From NCBI GenBank assembly GCA_031373225.1, contig JANMMM010000039.1, positions 1 to 61,902 on the forward strand: 61,902 bases of DNA, in the 5' to 3' direction. A model generated the notes under the pieces. That model saw nothing but the letters and a program-made list of their open reading frames with translations, did not search any database and had not been told where the DNA came from. The stretch comes from Phyllobacteriaceae bacterium. Lineage in GTDB: Bacteria > Pseudomonadota > Alphaproteobacteria > Rhizobiales > Rhizobiaceae. The translations under genes were made by a program, and so were the position numbers. Each line of letters opens with the position of its first letter. The stretch's first letter is position 1. Positions 19,524-29,460 of the stretch are shown piece after piece.

Positions 19524-19748
19524 CCCCGAGCTGCGGTTTCGCTCGTTCCACCGATCAGTTGGGATTGGGGGAACGAAATGCAGTTCGCCTGAGTCTCATA
19601 TCTGAGTCTTTCGTCTTAGTTCCAAAGCAGCGCTGTTGGGAGAGGGCGTTTTCTGCCATTCAGACCATGGACGAGTTCGTATTTCGCCGGGCGGGGCGCC
19701 TGGGATGCGAATTCCGCAATCAAAATCAACAGTTGGAGGACTTGCAAC

Positions 19749-21641
19749 ATGGCAGACGCAGTAATGGCGGGCGCACCAACCCGCGGCATGACGAGAGAGG
19801 AAAAGAAGGTCATCTTCGCCTCCTCGCTCGGCACCGTTTTCGAATGGTACGATTTTTATCTGTACGGATCACTCGCCGCCTTCATCGGCGCGGCGTTTTT
19901 CTCGCAATATCCGGAAGCCACGCGCAACATTTTCGCACTGCTGGCGTTTGCCGCCGGCTTCCTCGTGCGCCCGTTCGGCGCGCTGGTGTTCGGCCGGCTC
20001 GGCGATCTGGTCGGCCGCAAATACACATTCCTCATCACCATCGTCATTATGGGCCTGTCAACATTCCTGGTCGGTCTCCTGCCCGGCTCGGCGACCATCG
20101 GCATTCTGGCGCCCATTATCCTGATCGGCCTGCGCATGCTGCAGGGTCTGGCGCTCGGCGGTGAATATGGCGGCGCGGCGACCTATGTCGCCGAGCATTC
20201 GCCTCCCGGCAAGCGCGGCTATTACACCTCGTTCATTCAAACCACGGCGACGCTCGGCCTGTTCCTGTCTCTGGTCATTATCCTCGCGCTGCAAACCAAT
20301 ATGAGCAAAGAAGCGTTCGCCGACTATGGCTGGCGCATTCCGTTCCTGCTTTCCGCCATACTGCTCGGCGTGTCCGTCTGGATTCGTCTGCAGATGAATG
20401 AATCGCCGGTGTTCCAGCAGATCAAGGATGAGGGCAAACAGTCAAAAGCGCCGCTGTCGGAAGCCTTCGGCCAGTGGAAAAATGCCAAGATCGCCATTCT
20501 GGCTTTGCTGGGCGCGACTGCCGGTCAGGCGGTGGTCTGGTACACCGGCCAGTTCTACGCCCTGTTCTTCCTGACGAACGTGCTGAAGGTGGACGGCGCT
20601 TCGGTAAACAAAATGGTGGCGGTTTCGCTTCTGCTCGGCACCGGGTTCTTCATTGTGTTTGGCTGGCTCTCGGATAAAATCGGCCGCAAGCCGATCATCA
20701 TGGCGGGTCTCGCTTTGGCGATCCTGACTTACTTCCCGCTGTTCAAAATGCTGACGGAAGCCGCCAATCCGGCGCTTGCAACGGCACAGGCAAGCTCAAT
20801 CGCAACTGTGACAGCAGACCCCAAGGATTGTAACTTCCAGTTTAATCCGACCGGCACGAAGAAGTTCACCACGTCATGCGATATCGCCACGGCCTTCCTG
20901 ACCCGCAACTCGGTGCCTTACAAGCTCGTGGACGGCGCAGCGGGCTCTGTTGCTTCCATTGATCTCGGCGGCGTCAAGGTCGAGTCCTATGACGCGGTCA
21001 AGGCTGGCGACAAGGCGGCGGGCATGAAGGGCGCGTTTGAAAAGAGCGTCAATCTCGCCATGCAGACCGGCGGCTATCCGCTGGTGCGCGATGCGGTCAA
21101 GGTCACTGGCTCCAAGCTTGCGGCGCTGGTTGCTGCAAATCCGGAAGCCAAACTCGACCAGGCGGCGATTGAAGCTGGTGAAAAGACCATGACCAAGGTT
21201 GCCGACGCTGTGACAGCCAAGCTGCTCACCGCTGACGAGGCCAAGGCGATCACCGACGCCGAAGTGCCGGTCTATTCCGTCAAAGGCGCCGGCGCGTTCA
21301 AGATGGTGGCCGACGCCGCAGCGGTGAACTGGACCAGGATCATCGCGATCCTGACCCTGCTCGTCATCTACGTGACCATGGTCTACGGCCCGATCGCCGC
21401 ATGGCTCGTGGAAATGTTCCCGACCCGCATCCGCTACACCGGCATGTCGCTGCCTTACCACATCGGCAACGGCTGGTTCGGCGGCCTGCTCCCGGCGACG
21501 GTCTTCGCCATGAGCGCGGCCAAGGGCGACATCTACTACGGCCTCTGGTACCCGATCATCATCGCCGCGACGACGCTCGTCATTGGCATCCTGTTCGTCA
21601 AGGACAACAAAAAGGATCATCTGCTAAAAGACATGGATTGA
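19749..21641 (+). CDS. MFS transporter, metabolite:H+ symporter (MHS/ProP-like) family, with a large extra loop domain
   Basis: The N-terminus is FEWYDFYLYGSLA, with FGRLGDLVGRK and EMFPTRIRYTG motifs. It has 12 predicted TM segments. A ~190-aa hydrophilic insert (aa ~336-528) sits between TM9 and TM10. Confidence 0.85.
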   Translation: MADAVMAGAPTRGMTREEKKVIFASSLGTVFEWYDFYLYGSLAAFIGAAFFSQYPEATRNIFALLAFAAGFLVRPFGALVFGRLGDLVGRKYTFLITIVIMGLSTFLVGLLPGSATIGILAPIILIGLRMLQGLALGGEYGGAATYVAEHSPPGKRGYYTSFIQTTATLGLFLSLVIILALQTNMSKEAFADYGWRIPFLLSAILLGVSVWIRLQMNESPVFQQIKDEGKQSKAPLSEAFGQWKNAKIAILALLGATAGQAVVWYTGQFYALFFLTNVLKVDGASVNKMVAVSLLLGTGFFIVFGWLSDKIGRKPIIMAGLALAILTYFPLFKMLTEAANPALATAQASSIATVTADPKDCNFQFNPTGTKKFTTSCDIATAFLTRNSVPYKLVDGAAGSVASIDLGGVKVESYDAVKAGDKAAGMKGAFEKSVNLAMQTGGYPLVRDAVKVTGSKLAALVAANPEAKLDQAAIEAGEKTMTKVADAVTAKLLTADEAKAITDAEVPVYSVKGAGAFKMVADAAAVNWTRIIAILTLLVIYVTMVYGPIAAWLVEMFPTRIRYTGMSLPYHIGNGWFGGLLPATVFAMSAAKGDIYYGLWYPIIIAATTLVIGILFVKDNKKDHLLKDMD

Positions 21642-21668
21642 CTGTTTTCAAATCCATCAGTCAAGAAT

Positions 21669-21700
21669 CCGGCGGGGGAATCTCCGCCGGTTTTATTTTT
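21669..21700 (+). terminator. Rho-independent terminator after the MFS gene
   Basis: The stem is CCGGCGG (21669..21675) paired with CCGCCGG (21684..21690), followed by the T-tract ttttattttt (21691..21700). Confidence 0.7.
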
Positions 21701-21726
21701 GCCGCAAGTGCGGTTAAGCTGGGCGC

Positions 21727-22155
21727 ATGAGAACATCCCTGCTCTATTGCGCGCTCGTTTCAATGCTCTGCTGCGACGCCGCGCTTGCCGGCGAGCGCTA
21801 CGAAATGAACAGCGCGGATATCCTCGCTGCCCTTCCCGGCATGACGATGACGGGACGCTATGCCGACGGCGTGAAATTCACCGAGACCTATCATCCGGAC
21901 AAGGACATAACCTACCAGGACGACCGGGGCTCCGACACCGGCAACTGGTTCGAGAAGGACGGCCTGTTCTGCACCTTCTATCTCAGCCTGCAGGGCGCGT
22001 GCTTCAAGGTCGTGCGCACCGGGGCGAACTGCTTTGAATATTACGTCGCCGAGGGTCAGGACGGAATCAAATCCGAACCCGGCGCGCATTGGAACTCGGT
22101 CGGCTGGGACGTGGCGAAACCGTCTACCTGCGACCTGTCTGACAAGGTGGTCTAA
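21727..22155 (+). CDS. hypothetical small exported protein (142 aa)
   Basis: It has a signal-peptide-like N-terminus (MRTSLLYCALVSMLCCDAALA) and several Cys residues. I recognised no family. Confidence 0.55.
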   Translation: MRTSLLYCALVSMLCCDAALAGERYEMNSADILAALPGMTMTGRYADGVKFTETYHPDKDITYQDDRGSDTGNWFEKDGLFCTFYLSLQGACFKVVRTGANCFEYYVAEGQDGIKSEPGAHWNSVGWDVAKPSTCDLSDKVV

Positions 22156-22180
22156 CGCCCGATGCAGTCCCCCACCGGGC

Positions 22181-22344
22181 GTCATTCCAGGGCCGCGCAG
22201 CGGAACCCGGAATCCAGAGATGGCGTGATGGCAGTTGGGCTGCAATGGCAGGTTTGGCTGCGTTAGCCGCAGCGTATCCGGTAGCGAAAACTTCGTTCTT
22301 CGCCGCTCTGGATTCCGGGTTCCGCTGCGCGGCCCCGGAATGAC
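22181..22344. repeat. REP/BIME-like pair of inverted 39-nt units (22181..22219 and 22306..22344), same family as 2524..2683
   Basis: The left unit is gtcattccagggccgcgcagcggaacccggaatccagag. The right unit, ctctggattccgggttccgctgcgcggccccggaatgac, is identical to 2645..2683. The inverted repeat extends outward by 8 nt (caccgggc / gcccggtg). Confidence 0.85.
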
Positions 22345-22445
22345 GCCCGGTGAGGGGCTTCGCCAACTGGGTTGATGACGCGGAGCTGCGTGGAATTGCC
22401 CGGATTTCACTTTGCCATCGGCTGGACTGCCCCGCTCTTGGCGCT

Positions 22446-23558
22446 TCAAGCCCCCAGCCGCTTGAACGCGTCCAATATCGCCGTGCCCATCTCAACCGTC
22501 GTCACCAGCCGCATCCCGTCCGACATGATGTCGCCGGTGCGCAGGCCCGCGTTCAGCACTTCCGAGATCGCCGCCTCCAGCCTGTCGGCCTCGCTGACCA
22601 TGTTGAACGAATAGCGCAGGCTCATGGCGAAGGACGCGATCATGGCGATCGGGTTGGCGATGCCCCTGCCCGCAATGTCCGGCGCCGAGCCGTGCACCGG
22701 CTCGTACAGCGCCTTGCGCTTGCCGGTCATCGCATCCGGCGCGCCGAGCGAGGCGGAGGGCAGCATGCCGAGCGAACCGGTCAGCATCGCCGCCACGTCC
22801 GACAGCATGTCGCCGAACAGATTGTCGGTGACGATCACGTCAAACTGCTTGGGCCAGCGCACCAGCTGCATGCCGCCGGCGTCCGCCAGCATATGGTCGA
22901 GCTTCACGTCCGGATATTTGGCGGCGTGCGTGGCGGTGACCACTTCGTTCCAGAGCACGCCCGATTTCATCACGTTGCGCTTTTCCATCGACGTGACGCG
23001 GTTATTGCGCGTGCGCGCCATGTCAAAGGCGACGCAGGCGATGCGCTCGATCTCAAACGTGTCATAGACCTGCGTGTCGATGCCGCGCTTCTGGCCGTTG
23101 CCAAGATCGATGATTTCCTTCGGCGAACCGAAATAGACGCCGCCGGTCAGTTCGCGCACGATCAGAATGTCGAGCCCTTCGACCACTTCCGGCTTGAGCG
23201 ACGAGGAGGCGGCGAGCGCAGGATAGCAGATTGCCGGACGCAGATTGGCGAACAGCTCCATGTCCTTGCGAAGCCGCAGAAGCCCGGCTTCAGGGCGCGC
23301 ATCGTAGGGAACCTTGTCCCATTTCGGCCCGCCCACTGCGCCGAACAGCACCGCATTCGCCGCCATGGCCTTTGCCATGTCGCCTTCCGAAATCGCCGCG
23401 CCATGCGCATCATAAGCGCAGCCGCCGACCAGACCTTCGTCCACCAGAAAGCCTGCTTGCCTAGCCTCATTCATATGGGAGATGATATGGCGGACTTCCG
23501 CCATGGCCTCAGGACCGATTCCGTCGCCAGGAAGCAGGAAGAGCGAACGATTTGTCAT
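22446..23558 (-). CDS. leuB: 3-isopropylmalate dehydrogenase
   Basis: The N-terminus is [10 protein letters not shown], with the NLFGDMLSD motif. The length is 370 aa. Confidence 0.95.
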   Translation of the reverse strand: MTNRSLFLLPGDGIGPEAMAEVRHIISHMNEARQAGFLVDEGLVGGCAYDAHGAAISEGDMAKAMAANAVLFGAVGGPKWDKVPYDARPEAGLLRLRKDMELFANLRPAICYPALAASSSLKPEVVEGLDILIVRELTGGVYFGSPKEIIDLGNGQKRGIDTQVYDTFEIERIACVAFDMARTRNNRVTSMEKRNVMKSGVLWNEVVTATHAAKYPDVKLDHMLADAGGMQLVRWPKQFDVIVTDNLFGDMLSDVAAMLTGSLGMLPSASLGAPDAMTGKRKALYEPVHGSAPDIAGRGIANPIAMIASFAMSLRYSFNMVSEADRLEAAISEVLNAGLRTGDIMSDGMRLVTTVEMGTAILDAFKRLGA

Positions 23559-23631
23559 GGGTGCGAACTCATAAGCTGGAAAACAAGATGGCCGAGCGTC
23601 TATGGGCTGACCGGGAAAAATGCAATCGCTC

Positions 23632-24516
23632 TCAGCCGCCCTTCAGTCTGCGGCAAAGCTCGTCGAGCTGCTCCAGATCACGGTAGCGGACCGACAGCGC
23701 GCCGCCGCCGCCCGAATGATTGATCGTCACCTTCATGCCGAGGTGATCCGAAATCAGCTTTTCCAGCGCCGTGGTGTCCACGTCTTTCGGCGCTGCGCCC
23801 TTCATGGATTTGGTTTCAGGCGCCGGTGGATTTAAGGTCTCCTGCGCCATCTGCTCAGCCTGCCGCACCGAAAGACCGCCGGCAACAATTTTCAAGGCCA
23901 GCGAAAGCGGGTCATCCACCGCAATCAGCGCGCGCGCGTGGCCTGCAGACAGCTGGTTATTAATGAGCATGTCGCGGACTTTTTCCGGCAGCTTCAAAAG
24001 CCGCAAAGTATTCGCGACATGGCTGCGGCTCTTGCCGATTATGCCGGCGAGATCAAGTTGCGTGTAAGAATGTTCGTCGACTAATTGTTGGTAGCCAACC
24101 GCCTCCTCAATAGCGTTGAGATCGGCGCGCTGCACGTTTTCGACAATGGCGATTTCCAGCGCCGCGCGGTCGTCAATGTTCCTCACAATGACAGGAATCT
24201 CTGTCAAACCCGCTATTTGCGCCGCCCGCCATCGCCGTTCGCCCGCGACGATTTCATAATGATCAGCGGTTTCCGGCTTTTTCCGCACGATAATCGGCTG
24301 AACAATGCCGTGGGTGCGGATGGACTGCGACAGGTCCACTAACTCGGCTTCGGAAAAGTTGCGGCGCGGATTGCGCGGATTGCGCGCAATATGCTCAATC
24401 GCCACCCTTCTGTCGGCGGATACCGGCGACGCCGCGGCCTGCGCAGGCTTGTCCATTTCACCGATCAGCGCCGCGAGGCCCCGCCCCAGCCGCTTGCGTG
24501 AAGGATCATCAATCAT
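23632..24516 (-). CDS. parB: chromosome partitioning protein ParB
   Basis: It has the ParB box ([25 protein letters not shown]) and an HTH, and lies downstream of parA. Confidence 0.95.
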   Translation of the reverse strand: MIDDPSRKRLGRGLAALIGEMDKPAQAAASPVSADRRVAIEHIARNPRNPRRNFSEAELVDLSQSIRTHGIVQPIIVRKKPETADHYEIVAGERRWRAAQIAGLTEIPVIVRNIDDRAALEIAIVENVQRADLNAIEEAVGYQQLVDEHSYTQLDLAGIIGKSRSHVANTLRLLKLPEKVRDMLINNQLSAGHARALIAVDDPLSLALKIVAGGLSVRQAEQMAQETLNPPAPETKSMKGAAPKDVDTTALEKLISDHLGMKVTINHSGGGGALSVRYRDLEQLDELCRRLKGG

Positions 24517-24562
24517 GTCATTCTCCCAAGGCTCAAACTCTTATAATTAGCCGACTAATTCA

Positions 24563-25351
24563 CTACGCGGCGCGCAGTTTCCGTTCTCTTTGAATAACTT
24601 CCGAAGCAAGCTGCAAATAGGCTTGGCTGCCCGAGCAGCGCAGATCATAGAGTATGGCCGGTTTGCCATGCGACGGCGCTTCCGAGACACGCACATTGCG
24701 CGGAATGACCGTGCGGTAAACCTGATCGCCCATATGCTTGCGCACGTCATCAACAACCTGATTGGCGAGATTGTTGCGGCCGTCATACATGGTCAAGACA
24801 ATGCCTTGAATGGTCAAAGACGGATTGAGCGACTGCCGCACTTCCTCGACCGTCTGCAAGAGCTGACTAAGCCCCTCCAGAGCAAAAAATTCGCATTGCA
24901 ACGGCACCAGCACCGAATCCGCCGCTGCCATAGCGTTCAGCGTCAAAAGATTGAGCGACGGCGGACAATCCACGATGGCATAGGTGAATTTTCCGGTGCC
25001 TTTGTCCCGAAGTGCGTGTTTCAGCCGGTGCGCCCTATCTGCCTCACCGGCAATTTCCATTTCAAGACCAAGCAGATCAAGCGTTGACGCAATAATTGAC
25101 AGGCCCGGAACGGCGGTTTCAATCGCCGCCTCATCCACTGTGGCGCTGCCCAAGATCACATCGTAAGAAGATAGATGGCGGTCCCTGCGGTCAATGCCGA
25201 GCCCGGTTGACGCATTGCCCTGCGGATCGACATCAATAAGCAGCACGCGCTCGCCAATCGCCGCTAAAGCGGTGGCAAGATTGATGGCCGTGGTAGTTTT
25301 CCCCACCCCGCCCTTCTGGTTTGCCACCGTGATAATCCGCAAATTTGTCAT
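24563..25351 (-). CDS. parA: chromosome partitioning ATPase ParA
   Basis: It has the deviant Walker A (ANQKGGVGKTTT) and sits in parA-parB order next to rsmG. Confidence 0.95.
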   Translation of the reverse strand: MTNLRIITVANQKGGVGKTTTAINLATALAAIGERVLLIDVDPQGNASTGLGIDRRDRHLSSYDVILGSATVDEAAIETAVPGLSIIASTLDLLGLEMEIAGEADRAHRLKHALRDKGTGKFTYAIVDCPPSLNLLTLNAMAAADSVLVPLQCEFFALEGLSQLLQTVEEVRQSLNPSLTIQGIVLTMYDGRNNLANQVVDDVRKHMGDQVYRTVIPRNVRVSEAPSHGKPAILYDLRCSGSQAYLQLASEVIQRERKLRAA

Positions 25352-25381
25352 TCTTGCCCAAACAAAAGCATGAAACAGCCT

Positions 25382-26029
25382 TTACAAGCGGTGTGAAACT
25401 TTGGAAATTTCCAAAATCACCGAATCCGCGTCTGTCTTGCTTTTATGCTCTAGCAGATCGAAGTCCCACGCGCCACGCGCTGCGGCAATTTCTTCCTTGT
25501 GCCGCCTTCCCTTGTGGAAAAGTCCCTTGGCGCCGGATTTCAGCCATGGAGAGGTCAGCTTCAGCAGTTCCGGAAGTGCCGCCACGGCGCGAGCCGTGAC
25601 ACATTGAGGCGCTATATTCAGCGGTGTGGCGTTTTCAATACGCATTGTATGCACAGTGCCGCTTCCCCCGGTCTCCTGAAGCGCAGCGCTGAGAAACGCC
25701 GCCTTTTTTCCAATACTTTCAACGAGATGCACATGTCCTCCAATCTCGCCTTCCGCCCGCTCTGTCATCAATATCGCCAGCACAATGCCTGGAAATCCTC
25801 CGCCCGAGCCCATGTCCAGCCAAGTGCCACGCATCGGCACAATGGCCGCAATCTGCGCGCTGTCCACGATATGACGATGCCATAAGTGTTCGATAGAGGC
25901 AGCCGACGCGAGATTGATCCGGGAACTCCATTCGCGGAATAGCACTTCAAACGCCAGAAGCCGCTCAAACGTTTCACGTGAAACATCAGGCAGCACGTCG
26001 CGCAATGAATCGAACTTTTTCTGGCTCAA
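25382..26029 (-). CDS. rsmG: 16S rRNA (guanine527-N7)-methyltransferase
   Basis: It has a SAM-binding motif ([12 protein letters not shown]). It overlaps the mnmG stop by 4 nt, giving the classic gidA-gidB arrangement. Confidence 0.9.
   Translation of the reverse strand: MSQKKFDSLRDVLPDVSRETFERLLAFEVLFREWSSRINLASAASIEHLWHRHIVDSAQIAAIVPMRGTWLDMGSGGGFPGIVLAILMTERAEGEIGGHVHLVESIGKKAAFLSAALQETGGSGTVHTMRIENATPLNIAPQCVTARAVAALPELLKLTSPWLKSGAKGLFHKGRRHKEEIAAARGAWDFDLLEHKSKTDADSVILEISKVSHRL
25970..25985. promoter_or_regulatory. parS site (15/16 match) inside rsmG
   Basis: CGTTTCACGTGAAACA compared with the consensus TGTTTCACGTGAAACA. Confidence 0.75.
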
Positions 26030-27939
26030 GCGGCGCCCCGGAGCTGATTCTTGAACCTCTGGCGGATTGAGAGCAGCACGAGCGACAGGGCCGCTGGCGT
26101 CATGCCATCAATCTTTTGCGCCTCCGACACTGATTTTGGCATCCGCAATGCAAGTTTTTGCTTCAGTTCGTTAGAAATACCGGAGACATCCGAAAAATCC
26201 ATATCGCTTGGAATCAACCGTTCTTCCTCGCGCCGCAGCATCGCGGCGCTGGCGCTCTGTCTTTGCAGATAGACGTGATATTGAGCTTCAATCTCCAACC
26301 GTTCAGCCGTTTTCGCGTCAATATCAGCGAGTTGCGGCCATATCACCGACAGACTGATTACATTGACCTCCGGATATGCAAGCAGGTTAAACGCCGACCG
26401 GCGCTGGCCGTCCTTGTTGACCTTGAGCCCAAAAGCTTCAGCCTCTGTCGGGGTGGCAGACAATGAACAGGCAAGCACCCTCGCTTCGTCGAGGCTTGTG
26501 GAAACGTCGCGGTATTTCACGGAACGCTCCCTGCCAATCAGCCCAAGCCGCTCACCCAATGGCGTCAGCCGGGCATCGGCATTGTCGGCGCGCAGAGACA
26601 ACCGAAATTCGGCGCGCGAAGTGAACATGCGGTAAGGCTCGCTGACGCCGTTGGATGTCAAATCGTCGATCATCACGCCAAGGTATGAGTCCGCGCGGCT
26701 GATTGTGACTGACGTGGCACCGGAGGCCCTGCGCGCCGCGTTCAACCCCGCCCAAAGGCCCTGCGCGCCCGCCTCTTCATAGCCCGTCGTGCCGTTGATC
26801 TGCCCAGCGAGGAAAAGACCGGAAATCCTTTTTGTTTCAAGGCTTTGGTCGAGCTCGCGCGGGTCCACATGGTCATATTCTATGGCATAGCCCGGGCGCA
26901 ACATCACCGACTTTTCCAGTCCCGGAATCGTCGCATAAATCTGCGCCTGAACCTCTTCGGGCAGCGAGGTGGACACCCCGTTGGGATAGACCGAAATGTC
27001 GTCCAACCCCTCAGGTTCAAGGAATATTTGATGCCCGTCGCGGTCGCCAAATTTAACAATTTTATCTTCAATAGACGGACAATAGCGCGGTCCGACGCCC
27101 TTGATAGAGCCGGAGTACATCGCCGACTTGTGCAGGTTCGCGCGGATAATCTCGTGGGTTCCAGGCGTCGTGCGCGTGATGCCGCAGGCGATCTGCCTCG
27201 CATGCACCTTATCCGTCATCAGCGAGAAGAAGTATGGCTCTTCGTCCGCCGCCTGCATTTCGAGGCTGGCCCAGTCAATCGAACGTGTGTCAAGGCGCGC
27301 CGGCGTGCCGGTTTTCAGGCGGCCAAGCACAAAGCCAAACCGTTCCAGCGTCGCGCTCAGTCCGAGGGCAGGGGCCTCCGCCAGGCGCCCCGCAGGTATG
27401 CGCGTCTCGCCGATATGAATAAGACCGCGCAGAAACGTGCCGGTTGTCAGCACCACTGAGGCGCAGCCAAGTGTCCTGCCATCCGCCAAGACCACACCAG
27501 TCACGCGCTTGCCGTCCGGAATGAGATCTTCGACTTCTCCCTCGACAATGGTCAAACCGTCCTGTTCGCGCAACATGCCTTGAATGGCGAAGCGGTACAG
27601 CGCCCGATCCGCCTGGGTGCGGGGACCACGCACGGCGGGGCCCTTGTTGCGGTTCAGAAGCCGGAACTGGATCCCGGCCATATCCGCAGCCCTGCCCATG
27701 AGACCATCCAGCGCATCTATTTCCCGGACAAGATGACCCTTTCCGAGGCCGCCAATGGCGGGATTGCAGGACATGACACCAATAGTCTCGGCTCGGTGGG
27801 TGATCAAAGCAGTCTTCGCGCCAACGCGCGCGGAAGCGGCGGCGGCTTCACAGCCTGCATGGCCGCCGCCGACAACAATCACATCAAATCTGTCCAAAGA
27901 CTGCATTTGCAATCCAACACTCATGAATTTATCGGGCAT
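26026..27939 (-). CDS. mnmG: tRNA uridine 5-carboxymethylaminomethyl modification enzyme MnmG (GidA)
   Basis: It has an FAD motif ([15 protein letters not shown]). The longest ORF is 637 aa, and the true start may be the internal MQSLDRF. Confidence 0.95.
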   Translation of the reverse strand: MPDKFMSVGLQMQSLDRFDVIVVGGGHAGCEAAAASARVGAKTALITHRAETIGVMSCNPAIGGLGKGHLVREIDALDGLMGRAADMAGIQFRLLNRNKGPAVRGPRTQADRALYRFAIQGMLREQDGLTIVEGEVEDLIPDGKRVTGVVLADGRTLGCASVVLTTGTFLRGLIHIGETRIPAGRLAEAPALGLSATLERFGFVLGRLKTGTPARLDTRSIDWASLEMQAADEEPYFFSLMTDKVHARQIACGITRTTPGTHEIIRANLHKSAMYSGSIKGVGPRYCPSIEDKIVKFGDRDGHQIFLEPEGLDDISVYPNGVSTSLPEEVQAQIYATIPGLEKSVMLRPGYAIEYDHVDPRELDQSLETKRISGLFLAGQINGTTGYEEAGAQGLWAGLNAARRASGATSVTISRADSYLGVMIDDLTSNGVSEPYRMFTSRAEFRLSLRADNADARLTPLGERLGLIGRERSVKYRDVSTSLDEARVLACSLSATPTEAEAFGLKVNKDGQRRSAFNLLAYPEVNVISLSVIWPQLADIDAKTAERLEIEAQYHVYLQRQSASAAMLRREEERLIPSDMDFSDVSGISNELKQKLALRMPKSVSEAQKIDGMTPAALSLVLLSIRQRFKNQLRGAA

Positions 27940-27948
27940 CTACCATTC

Positions 27949-27964
27949 TGTTTCACGTGAAACA
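27949..27964. promoter_or_regulatory. parS site, perfect 16-bp palindrome
   Basis: TGTTTCACGTGAAACA lies in the mnmG-mnmE intergenic region and matches the canonical ParB-binding parS consensus exactly. Confidence 0.9.
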
Positions 27965-27996
27965 ACCTGGTTCTGTTGTATGAGCCCCGAAGCGGG

Positions 27997-28049
27997 AGTT
28001 TCACGTGAATCCGGCCGAATACGCACCTCTTGCTGTTCGACGTGAATCA
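27997..28049. promoter_or_regulatory. two degenerate parS-like sites (27997..28012 and 28034..28049)
   Basis: AGTTTCACGTGAATCC and TGTTCGACGTGAATCA each carry 3 mismatches to the consensus. Confidence 0.5.
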
Positions 28050-29363
28050 CTTGCCGATGCAAAACTGTGAGAATACGACATCCAGCAAATCCTCGACATC
28101 AATCCGGCCTGTCAAGCGGCCAAGCGCTTCGCCTGAAAGCCGCAGGTCTTCCGCCCTCAACTCCAAGGGTGTTTCACGTGAATCCAACGCCGTCCTGAGA
28201 TGAAGCGAGCATTCGCTTAGCAGCTCCGCCTGCCTTTGACGCACCGGTATGACTTCGGCAATATTGCCGCGTGTGTCGGCGGCAAAGTTGCCGATCAGAG
28301 CACAGAGATCACCAATACCGGAACCGTCCAGCGCGGAAACCACGACATCGTAACCGCGCGGCGGCACCGCGTGCTGCAAGTCACCCTTCAAGCCCACACG
28401 TAAAACCGGCGCAGACACCCTCATATGCGGAGCTGAGCCTGATGCGGTCACGTCCTCCACGAGTAGAACAAGGTCGCACTCTCCGCTGCGCTCCAGCGCC
28501 TTGTCGATGCCAAGCGCCTCAATGCGTCCGGCGCCCTCGCGGATTCCTGCCGTGTCGGCAATATTGACGCGGAAACCATCAATGTCCAAGCGGGCTTCGA
28601 CAAGATCGCGGGTCGTCCCTGCCTCATCCGTCACAATGGAGACGGCACGGCCGGCCAAGGCGTTCAGAAGACTGGATTTTCCAGCGTTTGGCGCACCCAG
28701 TATCACGACATCCAAACCGCTGCGCACAATTTCCCCGGCGCGCGTGCGCGACAGATGCAGCTCAATTTCAGCCCTGAGGGCATTCATGTCCTGCCACACC
28801 ACACTGGCCACAGAACCCGGCACATCATCCTCATCGGCGAAATCTATCTCAGCCTCAATCATTGCCCGCGCGTGAATGAGCCGCTTCCGCCAACCTTCAT
28901 AGAGCTCTCGCTGTCCACCCCGCGCATTCGAGAGAGCCTGAACCCGTTGCGCCTCAGTCTCCGCAGCGACAAGATCGGCAAGCCCCTCGGCTTCCGTCAA
29001 ATCGACCTTTCCCATCAAAAATGCCCGGCGGGTGAATTCTCCCGCCTCCGCCATGCGCAGGCCGTTGACAGAAGAAAGCACAGCTAGGCAAGCTGAAACG
29101 GTGGCAACGCCGCCATGCAGATGCAGCTCGGCGCAGTCTTCACCGGTGAAACTCGCGGGAGCGGGAAAGAACAAGACCAAGCCTTGGTCAATCACATCAC
29201 CGGCAGGCGAGCGAATAAAACAAAGTTTTGCGGTGCGCGGTTCCGGCAGGGCGCCAAGCATGGACACAAGGCTCTCCCGGACATGCGGCCCCGACATGCG
29301 GACGACCGCCACTCCGGACGGCAGGCGCCCGGATGAAAGCGCAAAAATCGTGTCGGTGAACAT
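28047..29363 (-). CDS. mnmE: tRNA modification GTPase MnmE (TrmE)
   Basis: The N-terminus is DTIFALSSG, the G domain has GAPNAGKSSLLNAL and DTAG, and the C-terminus ends in CIGK. Confidence 0.95.
   Translation of the reverse strand: MFTDTIFALSSGRLPSGVAVVRMSGPHVRESLVSMLGALPEPRTAKLCFIRSPAGDVIDQGLVLFFPAPASFTGEDCAELHLHGGVATVSACLAVLSSVNGLRMAEAGEFTRRAFLMGKVDLTEAEGLADLVAAETEAQRVQALSNARGGQRELYEGWRKRLIHARAMIEAEIDFADEDDVPGSVASVVWQDMNALRAEIELHLSRTRAGEIVRSGLDVVILGAPNAGKSSLLNALAGRAVSIVTDEAGTTRDLVEARLDIDGFRVNIADTAGIREGAGRIEALGIDKALERSGECDLVLLVEDVTASGSAPHMRVSAPVLRVGLKGDLQHAVPPRGYDVVVSALDGSGIGDLCALIGNFAADTRGNIAEVIPVRQRQAELLSECSLHLRTALDSRETPLELRAEDLRLSGEALGRLTGRIDVEDLLDVVFSQFCIGK
28170..28185. promoter_or_regulatory. 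parS-like site (14/16) inside mnmE
   Basis: TGTTTCACGTGAATCC. Confidence 0.55.
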
Positions 29364-29460
29364 CAGGGGTTCAAATCTCCTGACTTATTAAATAGGCGAC
29401 CGCGTGCCAAGCCAATGGTATCGTATCGATTCCATAACAAAGCGTAATTGAATCAATGAG

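Larger units (their letters stand above)
16440..19530. other. AT-rich genomic island (foreign-composition insert) carrying only the two genes below
   Basis: Hand GC counts of 60-nt lines give 17221: 24/60, 18181: 13/60 and 19201: 18/60 inside the island. The flanks give 38/60 at 15241 and 37/60 at 20041. The boundaries are approximate, taken from where composition changes. Confidence 0.8.

Noticed and set aside
19590-19615. A direct repeat of CTGAGTCT (two GAGTC sites 13 nt apart, start to start) upstream of the MFS gene.
   Set aside because: It is only two short copies, and GANTC sites are common in this genome type. There is no further evidence for a regulatory role.
29361-29392. A tRNA-like T-arm (caggGGTTCAAATCTCCtg) immediately upstream of mnmE, considered as a possible tRNA gene or att remnant.
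   Set aside because: The remainder of a cloverleaf would have to lie inside the mnmE coding sequence, and no acceptor, D or anticodon arms can be drawn. It is probably a fortuitous hairpin in the mnmE 5' region.
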